Positions 40,571 through 50,552 of a stretch of DNA of 50,552 nt are shown one piece after another (positions within the stretch are counted from its first letter, which is position 1; the number at the start of each line of letters is the position of its first letter). The notes beneath the pieces are model-generated. The model saw only the letters and a program-made list of their open reading frames with translations, was not told the DNA's origin and did not search any database. Made by a program: the position numbers and the translations under genes. The DNA comes from Acidimicrobiia bacterium (GTDB lineage: Bacteria; Actinomycetota; Acidimicrobiia; Spongiisociales; JAHEDJ01), in assembly GCA_029210695.1 (NCBI GenBank), contig JARGFH010000025.1, positions 1-50,552 of the forward strand. The letters run 5' to 3'.

Positions 40571-41664
40571 CAGTGGGTCGTCGCCACGTCACCAGCCGGT
40601 GTGCACAGGGCGGCAATCTGAAGGGCAGCTATCCCGGCGAGGGTCGATTCTGCGCCACGGTTCTCGTTGACCGAATCCTCCATCAGACCGTCGCAGGTTC
40701 CGCCTGTGACCCGGTCGTAGAGCACCATTCCTGTGTCGTTTCGTCCCAAGAACCAGCGGGCCGCATTGACGGCGCGCACTCGCCACACCGGGTTGCCGGT
40801 CACGGACCATGCCCGGTAGCAGGCGTCGGCCATCGCCCATGCCTCGATCGGTTGCTGGTCGAAGGCAGGGCGCGGCTCCCCCGGAGTCAATCCGACGGAT
40901 GGGGTGAAGCTGAAATACTCACCGTTCGTCTCGACGCCGACCAGCCACTCGAGCAGTCTGATGCCGATCGAGACCATTTGGCGATTGCCGAGCGTTGCAC
41001 CTGCCGCGAGCAGCGCCTCCGGCAGGCGAGGGTTGTCGTAGGTGAGCCGATTCTCCGGCCAGGGAATCCTGGCGCGGGCGGCGCCGGCGATGATTTCTGA
41101 CGTGCGCTCGAGGAGATCTGTGGCAGCGGCGTGATCTGGATCGGCCCGCAGCATCTCGGCGGCACCGAGCGCGGCGTAGGCGTTGGATCGTAGGTGAGGC
41201 GAGTCGAACGAGTTGCAGGTCGCGAAGGCGTCGGCTCCCGCTCGACGCATCCATGCGGTCGTCCCCAGGTGGGCCACAACGCCAAGACCCCACCAGGCTC
41301 GGCCCTGGCTATCGTCGCTACCGACCTCATCGGTCCATTCGCCATCGGCCCGGCGGCGATTGTGAAATGTACCGGAGACGGTCCGAGCTTCCAGCAGGAA
41401 CTCGAGATATGTAGCGGCCATATGTCCGAGTTCTTCGGTCGGCGCGGCCTCCCGGGACACAACTACCAGCGCGCGGGCGTTGTCGTCGGTGCAGAACCCA
41501 TGCTCGATGCGGGGCGTTGTCATGCGGGCATGCTCCCAGAGGCCGTTCTCGTCTGTGAGGTCTCGGAGATGATCGAACGCCGGGAGCGGGAGTTGCAGCC
41601 GCTCGTCGAAAAACGAAGAGGAGGAAGGATGTCCGGAAGCTGTGGCCCGATCATCCGGCGACAC
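40570..41664 (-). CDS. Six-hairpin-like protein resembling the C-terminal domain of long GT4 fusions
   Basis: GFCTDDNARAL, LTYDN, FDQQPIEA, NRGAESTLA; RBS before GTG 41664. Confidence 0.75.
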   Translation of the reverse strand: MSPDDRATASGHPSSSSFFDERLQLPLPAFDHLRDLTDENGLWEHARMTTPRIEHGFCTDDNARALVVVSREAAPTEELGHMAATYLEFLLEARTVSGTFHNRRRADGEWTDEVGSDDSQGRAWWGLGVVAHLGTTAWMRRAGADAFATCNSFDSPHLRSNAYAALGAAEMLRADPDHAAATDLLERTSEIIAGAARARIPWPENRLTYDNPRLPEALLAAGATLGNRQMVSIGIRLLEWLVGVETNGEYFSFTPSVGLTPGEPRPAFDQQPIEAWAMADACYRAWSVTGNPVWRVRAVNAARWFLGRNDTGMVLYDRVTGGTCDGLMEDSVNENRGAESTLAGIAALQIAALCTPAGDVATTH

Positions 41665-42847
41665 GGTGCACCTCCCGTGCGATTCGTGGAGCACCAAAAC
41701 GGCCTGCTTCTGCCACTCTTCCCATCATTGATCCAAACCGCTGTCCAATCGTTGGCCAATACCATCCGTTTGCCAGAGTTTGCGCTTCGTGGGCCATTTG
41801 GGCCGTCAGTCGCGCGTCGGTCAGTAGGCGGCGGAGCGCTGCGCTCATCGCGCCGGGGTCGCCATGCGGCACCGTGATGCCGGCGCCACCTGAGAGGAGT
41901 TCGACGGCATGGGAGAACTGTGTGGCGATCACAGGTTTGGACGCGGCGATCGCCTCCACCAGGACGCCCGAGGTCACCTGCTCGACAGACTCGTACGGAA
42001 GGACGACGAGGTCGGCGCTGCGCACCAACCTGGCGAGGCTCTTGCGGTCGAGGTACTGGTTGTCGAATTCGATGAGGTCTTCAAGCCCGAGATTGTGGAC
42101 CAGGGAGATCAGGCTCTGTCGATACGACTCCCCGGCGGCTGCGCGAACGTGAGGATGCGTGGCTCCGGCGATCAGGTAGCGAGGAAGCGGATCAAGGTCG
42201 ACGAGTTCGCCGAAGGCTTCGATGGCCGACTCGAGTCCCTTGCCTGGTCCAATCAGACCCCACGTGAGGGCGAGTGGACGGTCGCCCGTCACCAGCGAAG
42301 GACCGGCGAACAGAGCATCTGCCCCGTGAGGGATCACTTCGACACGTTTCGGATCGACGCCATACCGGAGGATCAGCCTCTGTGATGCCGTCTGGCTCAT
42401 AACCACCATACGGTCAACCTGTTCGGCGAGACGGTCGACGATCAAGCGCTGGTTCTCCGAGGGGTACTCGAGCACCGTGTGGAACGTGACCACCGTCGGC
42501 ACGGTGAGTTTCGAGACGAGGTCGATGACCTCATCTCCGTCGGTCCCACCGAAGATCCCGAACTCGTGTTGGATCGACACGGCATCGAATGAGTTCAACG
42601 TTCGCGCCGCCTTCCTCAATGAAGCCCGGTCGCCGGTTCGGTGATGGAAGACAACGTCGGGCGTTATCGAATCGCTGGAGCGATCTGTGAGGTCGACGAC
42701 CCCTAGACCGAATCTGGAGTCCCGGTCGCTGGCAACGGCGTTGACGAGCGATGCGGTGTAGCTGGCTATGCCGCAAACGGTGGGCGCGTATGTGCTCACG
42801 AATCCGATCGATGTGTCGTGTGAATCGATGTCCAATGAATCCTCCAT
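41651..42847 (-). CDS. GT4 glycosyltransferase
   Basis: PTVCGIASYT, IQHEFGIFGG, GPGKGLE, QVTSG. Confidence 0.9.
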   Translation of the reverse strand: MEDSLDIDSHDTSIGFVSTYAPTVCGIASYTASLVNAVASDRDSRFGLGVVDLTDRSSDSITPDVVFHHRTGDRASLRKAARTLNSFDAVSIQHEFGIFGGTDGDEVIDLVSKLTVPTVVTFHTVLEYPSENQRLIVDRLAEQVDRMVVMSQTASQRLILRYGVDPKRVEVIPHGADALFAGPSLVTGDRPLALTWGLIGPGKGLESAIEAFGELVDLDPLPRYLIAGATHPHVRAAAGESYRQSLISLVHNLGLEDLIEFDNQYLDRKSLARLVRSADLVVLPYESVEQVTSGVLVEAIAASKPVIATQFSHAVELLSGGAGITVPHGDPGAMSAALRRLLTDARLTAQMAHEAQTLANGWYWPTIGQRFGSMMGRVAEAGRFGAPRIAREVHRVAG

Positions 42848-43091
42848 TGAGTAGGCCCATCCATGTGACGAGCTGTGACGATCACTCGTCAAGCAGGGAA
42901 ACCGGGTGCCAGGTCGGAGGCTCCGCGAGTAGAAGTGAACGGCGACTGAACCGCCGTGGTATGGATATGGTACACGGATGGCATGACTACCGATTCGCCT
43001 GGCCCTCATCGTCGGCAAATGGGACGTGTAGGGTGCACAGCGTGCGACAATGAGCATGGCAGCCAATTCGGCGGCCGGCATGGAGGCACTG

Positions 43092-43217
43092 ATGGCAAGC
43101 AAAGACAAAGGTGGCAGAAGCGCCAAGAAACCAGCCGCCAAAGATCTGAAGCAGAAGCGCCTCGAGAAGAAGGCGAAGAAGAGTTCCCTCGAAGGAAAAC
43201 CGAGCAAAGTCGTCTGA
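43092..43217 (+). CDS. 41-aa Lys-rich small protein (absent from the ORF track)
   Basis: GGAGG RBS; MASKDKGGRSAKKPAAKDLKQKRLEKKAKKSSLEGKPSKVV. Confidence 0.7.
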   Translation: MASKDKGGRSAKKPAAKDLKQKRLEKKAKKSSLEGKPSKVV

Positions 43218-43568
43218 CGAGACCAACGCCTCGAGTTGCCGGTGGGTCAACCATCCTCGGTCTTGCCGACCGGACTCATCGGGCGATTCATGGCGGCGCT
43301 CGTTGTTGCGATGCCCGCTTTCCGCCGCTATCGGCTAACCTTTCTTATTGCATAGGCAGAAACATTGAGGACGCAACCTCATCGTTCGCCGATTCGACAC
43401 GGGTCCTGGGTGTGAATGTCCGCGGGTATTGCAGCCCGGTTCACTCGCCAAAGCCGGTATGCAGACCCCAGGAGGTCACCTCAATGACATCGACCGCAGC
43501 TTTTGTTTTGTTCAACCGACACCTTTGCTTCAGTTCTATCACCTTGTCCGCCGGTCGGCCGGCCTGAC

Positions 43569-43835
43569 ATGGCACAACGAGGACGCGAAGGCATGGCAAA
43601 ACGTGCTCGAGAGCGGGCACGGCAGGAAAGACAGGACGCCAAGCGCATCAAGCGCGAATCCGGTCCCGACGCCGCTTCGGAGCCTGTTGAGGCCGACGAC
43701 GAGTCGGCACTCATGGAGGAGTTCCATGAGTTGAGCGAGCGCCACGCCGCCGGGGTGGTCGGACAGGACGCCTACGACCAGGAGCGCCGGCGGATATTCG
43801 TCGAGCTCGGCATTGAATCTGAAGAGGATGGCTGA
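43569..43835 (+). CDS. Hypothetical protein, basic N-terminus and acidic C-terminus
   Basis: KRARERARQERQDAKRIKRE; plausible GC3-rich codons. Confidence 0.6.
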   Translation: MAQRGREGMAKRARERARQERQDAKRIKRESGPDAASEPVEADDESALMEEFHELSERHAAGVVGQDAYDQERRRIFVELGIESEEDG

Positions 43836-43941
43836 GCCGCTCAGCTCGCCGTCTCAACAACCCGGTCACGCCACGGTATCCCGTCGCGTTCGACCACACC
43901 TCTATCAACTGCCCCACCGGGGCCAACATCAAAGGAGTGCC

Positions 43942-44154
43942 ATGAGGGCACAAATACAACCGCGAGAAGCGGCAACCATCGACATCAACCACCTCCAAAT
44001 CGGTGGCACTTATGAAGCAAGAACTCAGGCGGGTCACGTCACGCTGGGGGAGTACCTCGGTATCGAGGTTGCCTACGACGACCGGCGGATCTTGCTGCGC
44101 GGCCGCGCAGGCACCGACTCGATCATCGTTGACCACCTAGCCTCGGTGGCCTGA
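43942..44154 (+). CDS. Small hypothetical protein
   Basis: AAAGGAG RBS; 70 aa, beta-rich. Confidence 0.6.
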   Translation: MRAQIQPREAATIDINHLQIGGTYEARTQAGHVTLGEYLGIEVAYDDRRILLRGRAGTDSIIVDHLASVA

Positions 44155-44440
44155 GCGGAGGACTGAGACCCCGTCGTTCCTACGTTGGGGCTCCCGCCGA
44201 CGAAGGACACTCGACGCAAGAACGGTCTCCGGTTTCGGGATTCCCTGCTATCGTTCCGCAAGCCGCACCGGGTGGAGGCCAGCGAATAGTCGCTTCCCCG
44301 GAGATCTCACGGCTTAGTTTCTCATCCGGTTGGACCGCCTCTTCGGCCGATTCTCGATCACCAAGGCGATGGACGCCGCGCGGTCGAGCGAGACATCGGC
44401 ATATCCAACTATCGGTCCCCGTTGGGGGCCAGGAGTCATC

Positions 44441-45961
44441 ATGACCACTACATTCGCCCATCTCGGGCTACCCGACACGCTCGTCCGTGCCCTCGCTAAG
44501 CGGGACATCGTCGAGCCATTCCCGGTACAGGCCGCCACCATCCCGGACGCCATTGCCGGAAGGGATGTGTCCGGCAAAGCCCCAACGGGATCCGGCAAGA
44601 CGCTGGCGTTCGGGCTACCCCTGCTCGCCATGGTCGATAAGGCAACCCGCCATCAACCACGGGCGCTGATCCTGGCTCCCACCCGGGAACTCGCCGAGCA
44701 GATCAAGCAGGAACTTGCCCCGCTCGCCAGAGCAGTCGACCGCTCCGTCCACGCCGTATACGGCGGGGTTTCCTACGGCCCACAGAAGGGCGCCCTGCGC
44801 AACGGTGTCGACGTTCTGGTGGCCACTCCCGGGCGACTCGAGGACCTCATGGAGCAGCGATCCGTGGACCTGAGCCGCGTTGAAGTCGCCGTGGTCGATG
44901 AAGCAGACCGGATGGCCGACATGGGATTTCTTCCTGCGGTGCGGCGAATCCTCGACCGTACGGCCAAGCGTCGTCAGACCTTGCTGTTCTCGGCGACGCT
45001 CGATGGCGACATCGCTGTGCTGAGCCGTGACTATCAGACCAAACCCGTCCGGCACGAGGCCGGCACGGTCGAGCCGGAAACGATCGACGCCCGGCACCTG
45101 TTCTGGCTTGTGCAACACCATGACCGTGTTCAGCACACCGCAGACCTCATTGAGGCGGCCGGTCGCTCGATCGTATTCACCCGGACCCGCCACGGCGCCG
45201 ACCGGCTCGCCAAGCAGTTGGACAAGCTGGGTGTCGCGGCGGTTGCCATGCACGGCGGGCGCTCCCAGAGCCAGCGCAGCAGGGCCCTCCAGACGTTCTC
45301 GTCCGGTCGGGCTCAGGCGCTCATTGCAACGGACGTTGCCGCGCGCGGAATCCATATCGAGGCGGTTGCATCCGTGATTCACTTTGATCCGCCGGGCGAC
45401 GCCAAGGACTATCTCCATCGATCCGGTCGTACGGCTCGCGCCGGCGCCACCGGAACGGTGGTCAGCCTTGTAACCGGCGAGCAACAGAGAAACGTCCGCA
45501 TCATGCAGCGAGATCTCGACCTGCGGGTTCCGATCGAGGCGCCCCAACTCGACGCGATCCAGCATGGCGGGTACAAGATGGGTGACCTGTCGCCGGTAAG
45601 CCGGGGCCGGGGAGCTTCCGGTCCGAAGAACGGAACTCATCGCGAACGGGCCGCCACCAGTCGGCCGGCTCCATCCGAGAACGTACCGCGTCATCCGGCC
45701 AGGGATGAGCAAAGTGTGTACGTGGCCAACCTGCCGTGGGACGCCACCGCCGACGACATTCAGACGTTGTTCGGCCGCTTCGGCGAGGTACGCCAGGCCA
45801 CTGTGATCATCGACCGGCGTTCCGGGCGATCCAAGGGATTCGGCTTCGTCGACATGTCCGAGACCGCTGCGCGAACCGCGATCGAGGCGTTGCACGGCTC
45901 TGATTTGAAGGGTCGCGACCTCACGGTTCGCCTCGCCCAACCGAGGCAGTACGGCGGCTAG
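44441..45961 (+). CDS. DEAD-box RNA helicase with a C-terminal RRM
   Basis: PTGSGKT, PTRELA, DEAD, SAT, HRSGRTAR; RNP2 VYVANL, RNP1 KGFGFVDM. Confidence 0.93.
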   Translation: MTTTFAHLGLPDTLVRALAKRDIVEPFPVQAATIPDAIAGRDVSGKAPTGSGKTLAFGLPLLAMVDKATRHQPRALILAPTRELAEQIKQELAPLARAVDRSVHAVYGGVSYGPQKGALRNGVDVLVATPGRLEDLMEQRSVDLSRVEVAVVDEADRMADMGFLPAVRRILDRTAKRRQTLLFSATLDGDIAVLSRDYQTKPVRHEAGTVEPETIDARHLFWLVQHHDRVQHTADLIEAAGRSIVFTRTRHGADRLAKQLDKLGVAAVAMHGGRSQSQRSRALQTFSSGRAQALIATDVAARGIHIEAVASVIHFDPPGDAKDYLHRSGRTARAGATGTVVSLVTGEQQRNVRIMQRDLDLRVPIEAPQLDAIQHGGYKMGDLSPVSRGRGASGPKNGTHRERAATSRPAPSENVPRHPARDEQSVYVANLPWDATADDIQTLFGRFGEVRQATVIIDRRSGRSKGFGFVDMSETAARTAIEALHGSDLKGRDLTVRLAQPRQYGG

Positions 45962-45990
45962 CCGTCCAACCTCAACGTTCCAGGTGGATC

Positions 45991-46018
45991 AACTCCCGGG
46001 TCGCAAGGCCCGGGAGTT
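45991..46018. terminator. Hairpin between convergent genes
   Basis: AACTCCCGGGTC-GCAA-GGCCCGGGAGTT. Confidence 0.75.
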
Positions 46019-46054
46019 TCACATGGCAGGCAATGAAGCCGGGATTGCGGCTTG

Positions 46055-47515
46055 TCAGTTGTAGTGACGGACCTGGTCCCAGATGTCGGCGAGCTGACCC
46101 TCTGGAGCAAGACACAGGAACAACGGCAAGCCGGCTTCCTCGTTCTCAACACCGTAGGGGTTCGTGATCGTGCCTGCCTGGACGGTGGTCGGGCAGATGC
46201 CGGCAAGAACGTCACCGATTTGACCAACCCCGATGATCGGCCCGTGGTGGCCCGGCGGGCCCCACAACCAGTAGTTGTTGTGCCCGCTCGTAGCGGGCGG
46301 CAACCCTACCTCGGGCCCGAGCACGTCAACCGCCCCGGCCTCGCCGTACGAACCGGTGAAGATGGCGACGTCGGCGCGCTGATCGACCGGGATCATCTCA
46401 TAGACGGCGACGACCTGGTCGATCAGTTCGGGCCACCCGACGGTCTCGCCGAGTTCACCGGTGGCGTCCAGTACCGACATGTCCGACGGCGGGAGCAGCG
46501 GGAGCGCGATGAATAGCCCGATGAAGATTCCTGCTGCTGTGGCGCCGATCATGATCTTCCGCCGCCTCCCCTCCAGGCGTTCGAACCAGAGGGAGCCTGC
46601 CGCCAGCAGCGCCGGATACATCGGCGCAACGTAGTAGGCCTTGCCGCCGGTGAGGAGGAAGAACACGAACAAGAGCACGAAAGCGAGGCCGATCGGCCGC
46701 CAACGCTGCAGGTCGTCCGCCCGGAGGAGACGCCACAGTCCGACCGCCGCCGGAACTGCCAGGACGATCGAGAGCAGGCCGATCTGCTGCAATACGAACG
46801 CCACGGGGCCGTCGCTTCGCCCGGCGAGGGATCTGGCCATTTCCAGCTGCGGCAGGTCGTTGCCGATCTGCCAGATGAGGTTGGGGACGGCAATCAGAGC
46901 GGCCGTCCCCGCCCCGATCCATGGCCACTTCCCGCCCAGCAGGCTGCGCCGGGAAGAGGCAAGCAATGAGATCAGCACCGCCAGCGCCAGGAGGCCGATG
47001 AGATGCTTGTTCTGGAGGCCGACGCCGACGGCGAGTCCCAGCCCGAGCCACCAGCGGGGATCGTCGCCGTCGAGCAGGCGCACGAGCATCCAGGCGGCAA
47101 GGGTCCAAAGGAAGTAGTCGAAGGCGGCTGTGCTCAAGAGATGCCCCATTGCCAGGGCTACACCCGCTCCGCCGGCCGTGACCCCTGCGTAGACCCGGCT
47201 TTTCGTGCTGCCACCGAACCGCTTGGCCATCGCAGCCGCAAGGATCACGACGCCTCCGATCGCCACCGCCGGGAGAACGCGCAACGCAACCGGTGAGGTG
47301 CCGGCGAATTGCTCCGCCGCGTTGGCGATCAGAGGCGTGAGCGGTGGCTGGTCGACGAAGCCCCAATCGAGCCGCCGGCCGGCGACGAGGAAGTACAGCT
47401 CATCGCGATGGAATCCGTATCTCCCCGACGTCGACAACAAGAGGACGACGACGGCACCTACCGTCAACCATACGCGGCCGGGCAGCCGGCTCGGGTTGGG
47501 GTCAATAATGGTCAT
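46055..47515 (-). CDS. GT-C fold glycosyltransferase (GT39/ArnT-like)
   Basis: YGFHRDELYF, DQPPLTP, many TMs, SGHNNYWLWG. Confidence 0.85.
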   Translation of the reverse strand: MTIIDPNPSRLPGRVWLTVGAVVVLLLSTSGRYGFHRDELYFLVAGRRLDWGFVDQPPLTPLIANAAEQFAGTSPVALRVLPAVAIGGVVILAAAMAKRFGGSTKSRVYAGVTAGGAGVALAMGHLLSTAAFDYFLWTLAAWMLVRLLDGDDPRWWLGLGLAVGVGLQNKHLIGLLALAVLISLLASSRRSLLGGKWPWIGAGTAALIAVPNLIWQIGNDLPQLEMARSLAGRSDGPVAFVLQQIGLLSIVLAVPAAVGLWRLLRADDLQRWRPIGLAFVLLFVFFLLTGGKAYYVAPMYPALLAAGSLWFERLEGRRRKIMIGATAAGIFIGLFIALPLLPPSDMSVLDATGELGETVGWPELIDQVVAVYEMIPVDQRADVAIFTGSYGEAGAVDVLGPEVGLPPATSGHNNYWLWGPPGHHGPIIGVGQIGDVLAGICPTTVQAGTITNPYGVENEEAGLPLFLCLAPEGQLADIWDQVRHYN

Positions 47516-47917
47516 AGGCTGTGTTCCGGCGCTCGGGCAGGATCTCTTCCGTTGTGGTCCTCAGGGAAACATGACGTGAGCACGTCCCGCGCAGTACACA
47601 GGAGAAGATTCTCAGCTCTTCTCACAGTCCGCGTTCTCGCCATGTAGGTTACATGCAGGCTGGTGAGATTCCGGCGGTCACATCGGAATCCGGATTGGGA
47701 TTATTCGCATGGGAGGCGCAGACCCTAACCTGCTCTGTTGTTACGACGGGGCCCATCCTGGGGACCATGGGTGGGCCGATCTCCGCTCGGGCTTTCGGCC
47801 TGCGGCATCCAACACCTTCCCTGTGCCACTTTGGCGCGTCCACGTGTCGACTTGGATGACACGTCGGCGCCGCATTTCGCGGACGGCAGTCCATTCTGAA
47901 GGCGGAGGTATCACAAC

Positions 47918-50479
47918 ATGATGCGCTGGTTGGTCGAGTGGAGTCTGAAGTTCCGCCGGATCGTTCTTGCCCTGACTGCGGGGATGCTGGTCTTCGGCAT
48001 CTTTCAGCTCAACGACGTCAAGAAAGACATGCTGCCTGAGTTCAGCCCGGTGACCGTCGAAGTGCAGACCGAGGCCCTCGGTTTGTCGGCGGCCGAAGTA
48101 GAGCGCCTCATGACGATCCCACTCGAGCAAGACCTACTCAGCGGGGTCGCCTTTCTGGAGAGCATCGAGTCGGCCTCGTTGCCGGGACTGTCCTCGGTGG
48201 TTATGACGTTCGAACCGGGCACAGACCTGTTGGACGCCCGTCAGGTGGTCGCAGAGAGGCTGGCGCAGGCGGCCGGTCTCCCCCAGGTGGCCGCCCCGCC
48301 GCTGATGATCCAACCTTTGTCATCCACGGGGCGGGTGGCGATGGTGTCGATGTCTTCCGACGTGCTGAGTCCCATTGAGACGTCGGTGCTCGCCCGCTGG
48401 GTGGTAGTGCCGCGGCTCCTCGGGGTGAAGGGCGTTGCCAACATCTCGATCTGGGGTTTCCGGGACAGGCAACTGCAGGTGCTGGTGGATCCGGAGCGGC
48501 TGCAGGCTCAGGACGTGACATTGAGTCAGGTGATTCGCACTGCGGGCAACGCGCTCGAGGTTTCGCCGCTCACTTTCCTGCAGGCTTCGAGTCCGGGAAC
48601 CGGGGGCTTCATCGACACGGTCAACCAGCGACTACACGTATTCCACGAGCAGGCGATCTCGACCCCCGAAGAACTCGCCCGGGTTACCGTGGAAGGCGAG
48701 GAAGGGGAGGCCGTCTACGTCGACGGACGACCTCTCTCGCTGGGCGAAGTAGCACAGATCGTGACGGGCCACCAGCCGCTCATCGGGGACGCCAGGTGTA
48801 GCTCCGGTCCATGCGTGTTGCTGGTAATCGAGAAATTCCCGGGAGCGAACACGCCGGAGGTCACGAATGACATCGACGCCGCGCTCCGCGCCCTCGGTCC
48901 GGGACTTCCCGGGTTGAAAATAGACAGTTCGATCTACCGGCCGGCGTCCTTCGTAGCGACTGCATTCAACAACCTGGGGATGATCTTGCTCATCGGCGCC
49001 TTCATGCTGCTGCTCGTGCTCGTGCTGTCGTTCCTGGATTGGAGGATGGTTCTGATTGCCGCAGTATCGATTGCCGCGGCACTCACCACGGCCGGCCTGG
49101 TGTTGTATGTCAGCGATGCGACGGTCAATGTGATGACTCTCGCCGGCCTCGTGCTGGCCGCCGGGGTCATCGTCGATGACGCGATCGTCGGTGCCTGGGC
49201 TCAATCAGCGGCTGCCCTGGAGCAGAGGGTCGAGGAGCGATCACCACTTCACCGTGTCCGCGATGCGGTCCTCCAGAGGCGGGGACCCACGCTCTACGCG
49301 GCAGTGATATCGGGTGCGGTGGTCCTGGTGTTCTTCTTCCTCGAGGGTGAGGGGGGCGCGTTCCTACCGCACATCGCATCCTCCTATCTGCTGGCGATAG
49401 CAGCCGCGCTGGTGGTGAGTTTGTCGGTCACCCCGGCGCTGAGTGCGCTTCTGTTGCAGGATCCACACGTCGTCAGAGCCGACGGTCGCGTCGTTCGGGC
49501 GATGAAGGAGAGGTACTCGGTAGGAATAGAGCGAATCGTTGGAAGACTCACCGCAGCTGCGGTCGTCTTCGTCGTGTTCGTCGGAGCGGCTCTGGCTGTC
49601 CTTCCGTTCTTCGATCAGTCCCTGCGCCCCGCCCTGCAACAGCGCGACGTGCTGGTCCGGTTGGATGCACCGCCCGGCACCTCTCTGGTTCGGATGGATG
49701 AGATCGCCGCACAGGCGGTCTACGACCTGGGGTCCTTGCCGGACGTCACCGGTGTCACCGCCCACGTAGGTCGGGCAATGACGTCCGACCAGGTAGTCAA
49801 CGTCAATTCTGCCGAGATCTGGGCCAAGCTGGATGCAACGGCCGACTATGAGCCGGCACTGGTAGCCATCGAGCAACTGGCAGCCGGTATCGAAGGAGTG
49901 ACCAGCAGAGTGCAGACGTACTCTGATCAGCGTGTCACCGAGATTCTGGGCAGGCCGGCGAACGAGCTGACCGTCCGCGTCTACGGCAACAACCCTGATG
50001 TCCTGCGGACATCTGCCGAAGAAGTCCTGGCCCTCGTTGAAGAGACGGATGGAGTGGCGAGCGCCGGCATCGATCTGCCCGCGGAGCAACCGACGATCGA
50101 GGTCGCCGTCGATCTCGACCGGGCGTACGCCCATGGCCTCAAACCCGGGGACGTCCGGCGGCGGGCGGCGACGCTGGTGTCGGGCATCGTCGTCGGGAAC
50201 CTGTTCGAAGAGCAGAAGGTGTTTGACGTCGTCGTGTGGGGCGCTCCCGCCATCCGCCAGACGGTTGACGACGTTCGCGCCATCCAGATTCCGACTCCCG
50301 GCGGAACGGTCGTAACCCTCGGGGATGTTGCCGACGTGTCGGTGGAGCCGAATGCCACCGTCATCCGGCACGAAGCGGTGGAGTCCTACCTCGACGTTCT
50401 GGCAGCCGTCGATGGTCGCAACATCGAAGACGTGGCAGCTGAGATCGATGACGGTCTGGCGAAGCTGGCGCTACCCTGA
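47918..50479 (+). pseudogene. RND (CusA/CzcA-like) permease, C-terminally truncated
   Basis: DMLPEF, VDDAIV, TM1-7 and both external domains; stops at 853 aa, before TM8-12. Confidence 0.75.
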
Positions 50480-50552
50480 GGTGTATCTGACTCTTTGATA
50501 TAGGTCGCCGGGTTCCTAACCCAATTCATGGTCGGGTCCGGGGCGGGTTGTT

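Noticed and set aside
42848..43207. N-terminal extension of the 518-aa GT4 ORF
   Set aside because: It is antisense to the Lys-rich small gene; GT4 similarity starts near 42847.

Overview
High-GC actinobacterial-type DNA (Acidimicrobiia-like by impression, not demonstrated). The first ~24.5 kb is accessory. Three non-functional 3' fragments of initiator tRNA-Met (8-55, 4028-4070, 8527-8564), each followed by a hairpin and linked to short arm-like direct repeats, divide a tandem island array with no integrase in view. Module 1 has an IS481::czcD remnant and an ArsR-rhodanese/DsrE/SQR sulfide module. Module 2 has a SWIM protein and an AbiE-like type IV TA pair. Module 3 has ars, czc and a large copper/redox cluster, where two duplicated operator boxes define a MerR regulon and a two-component regulon. 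The rest of the window carries class II uvrA, a group 3b [NiFe]-hydrogenase operon behind a DosR-like box, lemA-DUF2207 (probable CTG start), a GT4/GH130 cluster, small basic ORFs, a DEAD-box helicase with a C-terminal RRM, a GT-C glycosyltransferase, and an RND permease truncated near the window end. All calls come from motif recognition by eye; no searches were run.
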